The notes beneath the pieces were generated by a model. The model worked only from the letters and a program-made list of their open reading frames with translations. It did not search any database and was not told the DNA's origin. From Balamuthia mandrillaris (taxonomy: Eukaryota), in contig JAVKOQ020000058.1 of NCBI GenBank assembly GCA_031835245.2, forward strand, positions 186,001 through 233,317: DNA of 47,317 nucleotides. Reading direction: 5' to 3'. The first letter of the stretch is position 1; every line of letters starts with the position of its first letter. Positions 38,637 to 47,317 of this stretch are shown piece by piece. A program made the translations under genes and the position numbers.

Positions 38637-39245
38637 GGAGGAGGTGGTAAGTGCTTGTAAAGTAAAAAAGCGGATCAAGATGTTTCGGGCGGCGTTGGCA
38701 TCTCGATCGGCCTGGTAGCCACACTCGGGTTGGGGGCACCGAAAGGTCTTGTTTCCCCCCAACTGGTGGTGGACTTGGCCGCACTTGCCGCAGGTCTTGG
38801 AGGTGTATTCCTCATCGCAGAGGCAGACCGTACAGGACGGAAATTGCTTGGCCTTGTTGAGGAGCCTCTGCCTGAAGCGATAGTGGGACCAGGTGAGCAT
38901 GGCTCTGGCCGTTCGTGAGCCAATGCGTCGGTGGCCTCGCCGCACCATCTGCTGGCTCCTGAACTCTGGCAGAAGGATGAGAGAGAAGTTCCTGACCAAC
39001 CAAGACACGAGCTTCTTGTGGAGGTCATCCACCAGGTTGCGGATCCTCTGGCGAAGCCGAGCAGCGGCCCTTCGGAGACGGCGCCGTTGCCTGTGGTTGC
39101 CCTTGGTGCCCTTACTCTGCATGCGGTCCAGGCGGTGGCACAGCTTGCCTATCTCGTTGATGTCCGCTTTGCCCCACTCGGTGACCTCCCCGCAGCCGTT
39201 GTAGGTGGTCATGAATGTGCGCACTCCTGGATCCAGGGTAAAAGT
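38556..39245 (-). mobile_element. Fanzor2/TnpB-like RNA-guided nuclease, RuvC + Zn-finger half only (N-terminally truncated)
   Basis: TLDPGVRTF (RuvC-I, extends upstream of the ORF-track start), an Arg-rich helix, ILLPEF (RuvC-II), WSHYRFRQRL, EEYTSKTCGKCG..FRCPQPEC (Zn finger), DRDANAARNI (RuvC-III). In-frame TAA at 39246-39248. Confidence 0.9.
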
Positions 39246-39597
39246 TTATTGGCGGCAGCAGCAGCATGAGCATCCATTCCGTACACCCCACCCCACACCC
39301 CAACCCACCACTTTGCCTTCAAAGGCGTGGGAGAAGGAAGGGTTGTTTTGGCGGGAAACATGCTCATTGGCCCAAAAGACTAATGTCATTTGATTTCTTT
39401 TTTCGTTGTCCTTAGATCTTATGATCTTTGCGCCGCCTGACTGTGGACTCTGTAACCACTCCTGCTCACCGGTCATGCATGACGCGGAGCAATTTCAGGG
39501 GTAATGTATTTGCCCACTAATACGCTACCTTGGTTTTGTCTGCTCCTGCAGGCTTCGGCCGCTGGGCCAGACGCTCCCCTTGTTCCGTGCGTCGGTA

Positions 39598-39638
<41 letters not shown>

Positions 39639-39685
39639 CTATCAGAAAAGTTAACCCACAAAAGGTTATCTGGTTCTTTTCAACA

Positions 39686-40540
39686 CTAAGACCCCTTTAT
39701 TACTTCCCTTGTGCTTTCAACAGCGGGAGTCGCAAGCGGATCGGTGGGGTAATAGGCCACGGGCTTGTAGTTGTTGTCTCCTTTCACACACGTTCGTTGG
39801 GCAACAGGCCAAAGATTGTCCTTGCTGTGGAAATACAACCATTCCAGCACTTTGCTTCGAACTGGCTTAACAGGATGAAAGGAGTCAACTTGTGGTATAT
39901 CCTTAGTTTCCAACCCATGCGTGTCGCTGATGCTAAGAGCTACCAAGACGTGATAGTGTTTCTTTGCTAATCGAGTACAATCCACGTACAGGGAGTAGCC
40001 TGCGTCCTTTAGCAGTGTATAGCGAGTAGTGACGAGGTAGGCGAAGCAGGTCTTACACAAGGAGTGAGGGTCTTTGGGGTTCTCAACGTCAGGCAAGAGT
40101 TCCTTCAGCTTGTTAACAATGAGTTCCTTCGTTTTGAGTTCGGTGTAGGTCAAACAGTCTTCGTGTGGTTGGCAGATCTTTAAGGACCAGAGAGAGTTAT
40201 CGCGCACTTTCAACCACCAATTGTTTCGCAGCAACGTGCGATTAGGGGTATCCCAAAACATCTCCGTAAAGGAAGAGTGGCATCGGAGGGGGAAGGCTTG
40301 TAGGAGTCTGGCAAGGTCGGGTTGTGACAATGAGAAGTGAATTTGCAAGCGCGGTGTGCCTCCTGTACGATTGTGCTGTCCTCGTTGTTCCTCTATTTTA
40401 GGCGCCTTCGCAACCTCAGCAAATTCGTGACAGGCACGTGCACGGAGGTCACATACAAGATCGGAGATGGGCTTTTCGTACGCACCAAGAGCGGGTTGAA
40501 TAGAGATGGTGGCCATCATCTTCTTGCTCCTTTTCTGCAT
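39686..40540 (-). CDS. Intronless CYTH/thiamine-triphosphatase-like protein with degenerate metal-binding motifs
   Basis: FTEMFWDTP..LLRNNWWLKVRD..WSLK..YTEL..IV..L..FAYLVTTR..VD..SKVLEWL follows the THTPA motif order. The N-terminal ExExK motif is replaced by LQIHF. Confidence 0.6.
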   Translation of the reverse strand: MQKRSKKMMATISIQPALGAYEKPISDLVCDLRARACHEFAEVAKAPKIEEQRGQHNRTGGTPRLQIHFSLSQPDLARLLQAFPLRCHSSFTEMFWDTPNRTLLRNNWWLKVRDNSLWSLKICQPHEDCLTYTELKTKELIVNKLKELLPDVENPKDPHSLCKTCFAYLVTTRYTLLKDAGYSLYVDCTRLAKKHYHVLVALSISDTHGLETKDIPQVDSFHPVKPVRSKVLEWLYFHSKDNLWPVAQRTCVKGDNNYKPVAYYPTDPLATPAVESTREVIKGS

Positions 40541-40655
40541 ATGGCTCCAAATGGAAACACAGGGAAAACACGGCGCCTATTAGATTGAAGTGTCATGTTT
40601 ACAATTGTAAGTGTATATTGTTATGATGTGCTTCAGTGGCCAGAAAGCTCCTTCG

Positions 40656-40895
40656 TTGGACCTCTCCTTGTCTATTGGACCTCTCCGCCTCTGTTGGGCC
40701 TCTCTTCATTGGACCTCTTCTCCTTCATTCGACCTCTCCTTGTATTGGACCTCTCCTCCTTTGTCGGACCTCTCTTCGGACCTCTTCTCCTTCATTCGAC
40801 CTCTCCTTGTCGATCGGACCTCTTCTCCTCTATTGGACCTCTCCTCCTTTGTTGGACCTCTCTTCATTGGTCTCTCCTCTGTTGGACCTCTCTTA

Positions 40896-40897
<2 letters not shown>
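40656..40897 (+). repeat. Minisatellite of about 14 units (12-19 bp, core ttggacctct) followed by (CT)n
   Basis: Repeated ttggacctctcc/ttcgacctctcc units read directly from the sequence. Confidence 0.85.
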
Positions 40898-40934
<37 letters not shown>

Positions 40935-40944
40935 ACATGTCACA

Positions 40945-42539
40945 TGCTGGCAGACGTACAGTTTGGCTTTCGCCCAGGCCGTGGCTGTGCCGAACAAGCA
41001 TGGAATCTCCAGTACCTGCTCGACAGCCGCGCTGACCGCCCCACCTACCTCGCCTTCCTTGACGTATCCAAAGCATATGACAGAGTGTGGCATGCTGGCC
41101 TCTGGCAAAGCCTCCTTGACAAAGGGGTTGACCAGTGGCTCGTAGCCCTGCTCCAACGGTGGTACCACGGGCAAACGTCCTACGTCAACGTCAACGGACT
41201 CCATACAGAACCCTTTGTCATCAACATTGGCGTCAAACAGGGCTCTGTCCTCGCTGCCACTCTGTTCACCATCTTCTTCGATAGCATCGTCGCTGCCGCC
41301 AATACAGCTGGCGGCGTCCTCATAGATGGCCACCGCATACACACCCTCCTCTACGCTGATGACATCGTCCTTGCTGCGCCCAACCCCAAAGCGCTCCAAG
41401 CCATGCTCAACAACGTCAATAAGTGTGCAGACACCTTTCGGTACACCTTCAATGCATCCAAAAGCAAAGTGATGGCTGTAAATACGCGCTCCCGTGTTAA
41501 CTTCCACCTCAATGGCCAGCCCCTAGAGCGCGTTTCGTGCTTCAAGTACCTTGGCCTACTCGTGCAATCATCCAGGCACTGAAATAAAATGGCCTCCTAC
41601 TCCCAACAAAAGGCCGCCGACCGAGCTAACACCATGACAGCTGCTGGCATCAGAGTTAACGGCTTTGACGGACGCACAGGTTCCACCATAGCACGTGCAT
41701 GCATTGATGGTATCCTACTCTATGGCGCCAAAGTCTACCTCCCCTGCAAATCTGCGCTTAAACGCATGGAGCAAGTCCGTACTAGCCTCGCCAAATGAAT
41801 CCTCGGCATTAATCGCGCGGCCCCCAACGCCCTCGCGCTCCATGAGCTCGGCTGGCCCACCCTTCACCAAATATGGCGAGCCAAACGTGCTAAATTCCTC
41901 TGGAAAACCGCTGCTACTTCTAGCTGGAACACCTTCCATGGCACATGGTTCTTCTCCTGCATCCTCCGCCAAGGCAGCTGGTGGAAAGAAACAGTACACA
42001 TCCTCGGTGAACGCCTCGCCCACATGTGCCTCCATGACGTACCATGGGCCTCCGTACGTGATGAACTACAACGCATGAACCGCTCTGAAGACTCGCATAC
42101 CCTCTCACAAATCTCTCGCAAAGGACGCTGGGCCAAGCGGTCCCGTGAAACCTCATGGTATCTTGACAGCTGTAACGGCCTTGGTAGATCTGTAGTAGCA
42201 CGCCTTCGCACTGGTTCCCTCCCCCTAGCACGCAACAACCACCACTTCAGCACCACCGGGGACACAACATGCCAAATGTGCCATATCGCCACCGAAGACG
42301 AACAACATTTCCTAAAGACGTGTCCTTCCCTCCGCGACATACACGATGCTGCCCAAGACGAGCTCAATAACTCCCTCTACCTCTGCGTACGTAGCGGATG
42401 TCCCCCTGACAGTGCAGACTCATGCCTCCGTTTCGTAGCCCAACTGTTGACGTGCAACTCCTATGACGACCCCCCCTACCTTTGTACAAGCAACGGCGAA
42501 ACCCAAGCCAAGACCAATCATTGCATTTACACCAAATAA
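40945..42539 (+). mobile_element. 5'-truncated non-LTR retrotransposon (LINE) ORF2, pseudogenised
   Basis: QFGFRPGR, AFLDVSKAYDRVWH, GVKQG, YADD, FKYLG, and C-terminal CQMCH..EDEQHFLKTC. One reading frame with TGA stops at 41580 and 41796. Confidence 0.92.
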
Positions 42540-42980
42540 AACGTTTTACTATGACCAGAAGAAGGTAAGTTACTGCTGTTATTCTTTGTTTTCTTCCTCT
42601 CTATCTTTTTCTTGCTGTGACTTTTTTCTTTCAGATGTAGAGTCACACTGGTGTCCCAGGTTGATATCAGCATGCCATGTTAATGAAGTTATGAACTGGT
42701 TGAACAAAGAACTAGGGGAAGTCAGGTAAACAAGTTTCAAACCCATCACAAAATGGCTTTGCATATTCAAATCTTATAAACATAAGGACACTGTTGATAA
42801 AGAAAAAAAAACAAGACTCAAGGAGTCTAAGATCATTATCAAAAAGGGGCATTTTTACATTTTGGTTGACTCCTTTAGTTTCATTTGGCTTCACACATAC
42901 CTTCACTTTAGAGATAATGCAATGCTGTACACTTTTTCCCATTTTCCTAAGTATAGGTCCTGATTTGTCAAAAATATGAC

Positions 42981-43055
42981 TGAACAAGCTGGGATTTGAA
43001 CTCAAACCTCTTTACTCTTATGAACAAGTGCTCTGACCTATTAAGCTTTTTGCTT
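42981..43055 (-). pseudogene. Decayed tRNA-like sequence (pseudo-tRNA or SINE head)
   Basis: 75 nt AAGCAAAAAGCTTAATAGGTCAGAGCACTTGTTCATAAGAGTAAAGAGGTTTGAGTTCAAATCCCAGCTTGTTCA. A-box/D-arm, B-box GTTCAAATCC and a partially pairing acceptor stem are present; the anticodon arm is broken. Confidence 0.55.
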
Positions 43056-43408
43056 AAAGTGACTATATAATGTTGGTAGTTGCCAATAGCTTCAACATAA
43101 GTGACAATATAGTATCTTGTGTTGTATTGTTGTAAAAGGAAAAGAAGAAAAAGCAAAAAAGGAAGGTATTTAAGCTAGTAAAAAGATTTATAAAAGAACA
43201 AAGAAAAATATCAGCAAGGACTATAAGAGAAAAGGAACATTAAACATTTAAAATCCATTTAATAATAAATATAATTTAATAGATAACTTTATTTGATGTT
43301 GAATGACATTTTGAGAAGCAATGGAAATTTTGAGAAGTGTATAGCAAATAGGTAACTAAATAAAGGTATTATGTCTTGATTTTAGTTGCTTTTTTTTCAT
43401 TCCTAATA

Positions 43409-44070
43409 TAGTAGTAGTAGTAGTAGTAATAAGAAGTTTATTTGCTCTGAGAGCAACACCAATCTATACATAAAAAGTAAGCATTGTACATACATAGTGT
43501 ACTCTTACTTCTCTTACTCCCTCATCCTCGATGCCTTTCCAATTGTTATGATAGTTCACAAGTGAAAGGTGTTGAATGAGATTTCAGACTAACTTTGTAT
43601 CATCTTGCTATCCTTTTTCTTTCCCTTTCCTTTCTTCTCTTTTCTTTGCTTTTACATTACTTCCAAAGATTGATAAAATGCAGAAGAACTTCCATGCTTC
43701 CAACTTGCTCTTGCTGCCCATAATCTCCAGACTCTTTTACAACTTTGCTTACATTGTTCCATCTCTTGAGCTCTGTTGCATTTCTTTCCACTTGACAAGA
43801 GCTTTGTTGTACAGTCCTCTATAATCAGCTTTCTAACTTGTTCTTCATTTCCATTGTCCACACTCCAGATTCTAAAGCGATCTTCCCAAAGATTTGGACA
43901 TCTTAACAGGAAGTGTTCTGCTGTTTCTTCCTCAGCACCACATGCAGGGCACTTACTATCCTCCTCAGACTGCTGAATGGCTCCCCACTTTTTTCCAATG
44001 GGCAGTCCACCACAACGAATAGCATTCATCAAACGTTCTTTCCTTGGGTTGGTAATCACTAAGCATTCCT
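43409..44070 (-). mobile_element. Old LINE 3' remnant with AATAAA and (TAC)n tail
   Basis: IRCGGLPI..CPACGAEEETAEHFLLRCP Zn motif in ORF 43652-44059. Downstream on the - strand: aataaacttcttattactactactac. Confidence 0.7.
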
Positions 44071-44336
44071 AATATATAAACTTGCTATTCACAACTCAGC
44101 ATAACAAACTCACAAAGTGAGAAGATAATGCATTGGTTGGCATATTGGGCAGCAGAAGACTTTGTTAGTTAAGTCCAACGAAAGAACTAAAAGATTCAAA
44201 GACTAGAAGTGTATTTAAGAGAATAGAGAATGGACAACAAAAGTGAATCTCCCACATTGCTTATCTCTGCTTTTCCTTTTTCATTCAGCATACTTTGATT
44301 ATGTAGGAAGAGTCTTTAGTTCACTCTCTCGCTGAG

Positions 44337-46453
44337 ATGGTGAAGCCCCTCACCGACCTCACGAGCCCAAAAACAAAGTTTGTGTGGAGCGACGAGCAGG
44401 AACAGGCATTTCAAGGGATAAAGGAGGCTCTGATCAGTTCTCCTGTCCTTGCCTATCCCGATGCTGAGAAAGACTTTCGGATCTGCTGTGATGCCAGCGA
44501 TTACGCCATCGGGGGAACTCTGGAACAGAAAGGAGAGGACGGGCTATATCACGTTGTAGCCTACGGTAGCAAGAAGCTTTCCGGTCCGCAGCTCAATTGG
44601 AGCGCCACAGAGAGGAGGCTTATGCCGTTGTCTTTTTCCTACAGCATTGGAGACATTATGTTCTTCAGCAGCTGGAATGTGTCATCACCGACCATTCGGC
44701 GCTGCAGTGGCTGTTTTCCCAGAAAAACCCTTCGGGCAAGTTGGCGAGGTGGATTGCCAAGCTGCAGGAATTCGGCCACGTCCGAGTTACCTACCGACCA
44801 GGGAAGGAACATTCCAATGCCGATAGTCTCAGCCGTGAACCATTCGCTCTCGGTACAGTCAACACTGTTACTCTTCTGAAGAACCGTAATCAGGCTACTT
44901 TCGAAGACGGAGGGGAAGGCAGCCAGTCAGATGACAAAGACGACCGTGGGATACAGTCACAACCAAATGGCTCCCCGCAGGTTTTATCGGATACAGAGTT
45001 GGATTCCGACTCATGGCTTGCGCTGCTGTGTAACGACGATGAGTTTGCATGGATCGTTGAAGCCATTGAAGGTAACGAGGAGGCATGTCAACGCAAGACA
45101 CCCCGTCAGTTGGCGCTCATGGAGCAGTGCTTCCTTCAAGATGGACATCTTTTACATGTGATTTGGCCTGATAAAGCCAAGGTCAAACAAGCTACCGTCC
45201 AACAAATTGTGCCCAAGGAGCTTAGGAATGAGATACTTCATCAGTTCCACGATGTTCCTACGGGTGGGCATTTCGGCCTTACAAAGATGTACTCCCGCCT
45301 CATCACGCAGTACTGGTGGCCTGGAATTCACAAAGATGTGGAACATTGGGTCAAGGGCTGTGTGGAATGCCAGGAGGCGAAGGCTCCGCAGAAGAAAGCT
45401 GACGGGCCGTTGGGTCACATCATGGCAAACGAGCCAGGCGAGTTGGTCTGCATGGACCTGATCGGTGAGTTGCCCTTGACGGCTGAAGGGTACCGATACG
45501 CCTTGGTCACTATCAACGCCTTCACGTGTTGGCCGGACATTTGTCCATTGAAGACGAAACAAGCAAAGGAAGTGGCGAAGGCCTTACTTGAGATCTTTGC
45601 GAGCACGGACCTCCCGAAGGAGCTTCTGTCAGAGCAAGGAAGAGAGTTCATTAACAAATTCAACAATGAGCTTTCGACTCTTCTTGGCATCAAGCGCAAA
45701 TACGCCACAGCAGAGCATCCCCAAGGAAACGGCATGGTTGAACGATACAATCGTACCCTTAAGGAGCAGCTCCGAAAGTTCGTGGATGGCAGGCAACAAG
45801 CCTGGAGTGTGTACCTTCCTATGCTACTTTATTCTTATCACCATGCGCCGCTGCCAGGACGACGATTTACCCCCTACGAGCTTATATTTGGGAGGAAGTC
45901 CAATGGTACCGGTTTGGTGGACACAACACACTTGTCCAACGATTCGTGGGTGAGGCAACTGCAGGAGACACAGCGTGAACTTCCAGAAGAAGCCCACGAA
46001 GGAGACAACGCCCAAAAAGAGAAGACGGAGATACGGCATGGCAAGCCGGAGGAAGAGTTTAAGGTTGGCGACCTGGTTCTCATTCACTCCAAAGCCACAT
46101 CCATCAGCGAGTCGCAGAAACTTCGATGTAGGTGGAAAGGAGGACCCTACAAGATTATCAAAATCTGTTCTCCGCAGACAATTAAGGTGCGAAATACTGC
46201 TGGTCCTGAAACGGATAAAGTGGTAAACCTCAACCGCATCAAAAAATTCATCCCACGTGACGATGAAGATAGAGAGCTTGCTGACGATGAATACGAGGTG
46301 GAGAAAATTCTTGATCACTGCTATACCAGCCGAGGACTTGAATATAGGTTGAAGTGGAAAGGTTTCTCCAACCGCCACAACTCTTGGGAGCCTGAGCGTA
46401 ACATTATCAACGCCCCTGACCTGGTCCAGGCTTATTGGAGAGCGGTATCATGA
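44337..46453 (+). mobile_element. Ty3/Gypsy chromodomain-bearing pol, 3' half (RNase H, integrase, chromodomain), frameshifted
   Basis: CDASDYAIGG, WSATE(RE)AYA with a frameshift at about 44612, TDHSAL, HHCC (FHD..GHFG..CVEC), MDLIG/SEQGREF/GMVERYN, and chromodomain YEVEKIL..YRLKWKGF..NSWEPE. Confidence 0.95.
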
Positions 46454-46492
46454 TTATCGGCCTGACAGTCAATCATAGAGTGACTTTGGCCT

Positions 46493-46642
46493 GGGAGGAG
46501 GAAGTGTTATACCACTCTCCCATAATACCTATCCCTATCTCTCCTTGTATATATATTTCTTTCTTTCATTCTATTAAAGGTCTTTTCCCTGCACACAACG
46601 AGTTGGTATCCGTTGAGTCGTTCCCTCACCGGCCTTATCACA
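46493..46642 (+). mobile_element. Polypurine tract (46493-46504) and 3' LTR (46505-46642)
   Basis: gggaggaggaag is followed immediately by TGTTATA...TTATCACA. The boundaries are confirmed by the solo copy at 36688-36825. Confidence 0.9.
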
Positions 46643-46750
46643 CACTCTTTGCCAATAGGATAAAGTGGATATCTACAGATATCCATGGATAATTCCCATA
46701 AAAGGTAGTTATTCACAGATATCTACTCTGGACATCCAACACAGATATGT

Positions 46751-47010
46751 TGTTATGTGGCATGATCTTGGTCTGATTGATAAGATAATGTCAACCAACC
46801 AATCAATGGAATCTCTAAGTATTGCATTACTGCAAAAGAAGAGAAAAGAGGAAAAAAAGGAGAGAATAACGGAATTAGAGAGAGAAACTGTACACATGAA
46901 GCAGGTCTTTCTAATAAGAGCAAACCAAGAACTACCCCAATCTTATCTCTCCTTTGAAAGTGTTGTATGAGAAGAGACGGATTGGCACAACCCAAGGCCA
47001 GGTTGTGACA
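46751..47010. mobile_element. Solo LTR family 2, CpG-decayed copy
   Basis: Colinear with 37903-38161. Ends TGTTAT...GTGACA; flanks are atgt/attt. Confidence 0.8.
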
Positions 47011-47146
47011 ATTTCATCAACAGAGCCCTTAATATGATGTATTTGTTGAAGGTGGCCTTGGTGACAGGCAGGGATCGTTACAACAATAATTCATCTTTTA
47101 TACAATATACACACACATATACTTCCTTTTCTTCCTTTTCTTTTAT

Positions 47147-47241
47147 TTGTACATGTGTGTATAGTAGTAATAAGAAGTTTATTTGCTCTGAGAGCAACAC
47201 CAATCTATATATTAAAAGTAAGCATTGTACATGTGTGTATA
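47147..47241 (-). mobile_element. About 60-bp LINE 3'-end insertion with target-site duplication
   Basis: Matches about 43420-43491. Flanked by the direct repeat ttgtacatgtgtgtata at 47147-47163 and 47225-47241. Confidence 0.75.
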
Positions 47242-47317
47242 CATTTGTTAGACAAAGAGAATAGAACCAAGAAAAGAAACAACAGAGTGACAAGAGCCCC
47301 ATGTAGTAGTAGTAATA

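Noticed and set aside
39347..39358. E2F-like site TTTGGCGGGAAA upstream of the Fanzor fragment
   Set aside because: It is a single short motif with no supporting context.
40656..40897. CRISPR-like array near a Cas12-related nuclease
   Set aside because: Units are 12-19 bp, abut each other and have no unique spacers, so this is a minisatellite.
41580..41798. TGA recoding (alternative genetic code)
   Set aside because: Host genes such as Ras, PSD, TilS and CWF19L2 terminate with TGA, so these are ordinary nonsense mutations.
36688..46642. One large element bounded by 138-bp terminal inverted repeats
   Set aside because: The left copy has its own TSD and the right copy follows a PPT, so they are independent LTR insertions.
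37903..47010. A full LTR element formed by the two 259-bp direct repeats and carrying the Fanzor
   Set aside because: The left copy has its own AAAG TSD, the copies are strongly diverged, and the outer flanks do not match.

Overview
Eukaryotic nuclear DNA with many short GT-AG introns and CT/GA microsatellites. The style suggests a free-living protist, possibly an amoebozoan; this is inference only. Bases 1-36.0 kb are a dense block of about 14 housekeeping genes: mitochondrial-type ProRS, CWF19L2, PRP4, Ras, a PKYGA-tail conserved protein, a PSD2-type phosphatidylserine decarboxylase, SMG1, TilS, NDUFA5, a GH47/EDEM mannosidase, a small hydrophilic ORF, p47/Shp1, EAF6 and LSM4. Bases 36.1-47.3 kb are a transposon island. 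It holds a Fanzor2/TnpB-like RuvC + Zn-finger fragment with all three catalytic motifs, an intronless CYTH/thiamine-triphosphatase-like ORF that appears catalytically degenerate, two LINE remnants, and a chromodomain Ty3/Gypsy 3' half with a 138-bp LTR plus a matching solo LTR. It also holds a second solo-LTR family whose two copies differ mostly by CpG transitions, and a decayed tRNA-like element. All family calls come from motif recognition by eye, and exon boundaries are approximate.
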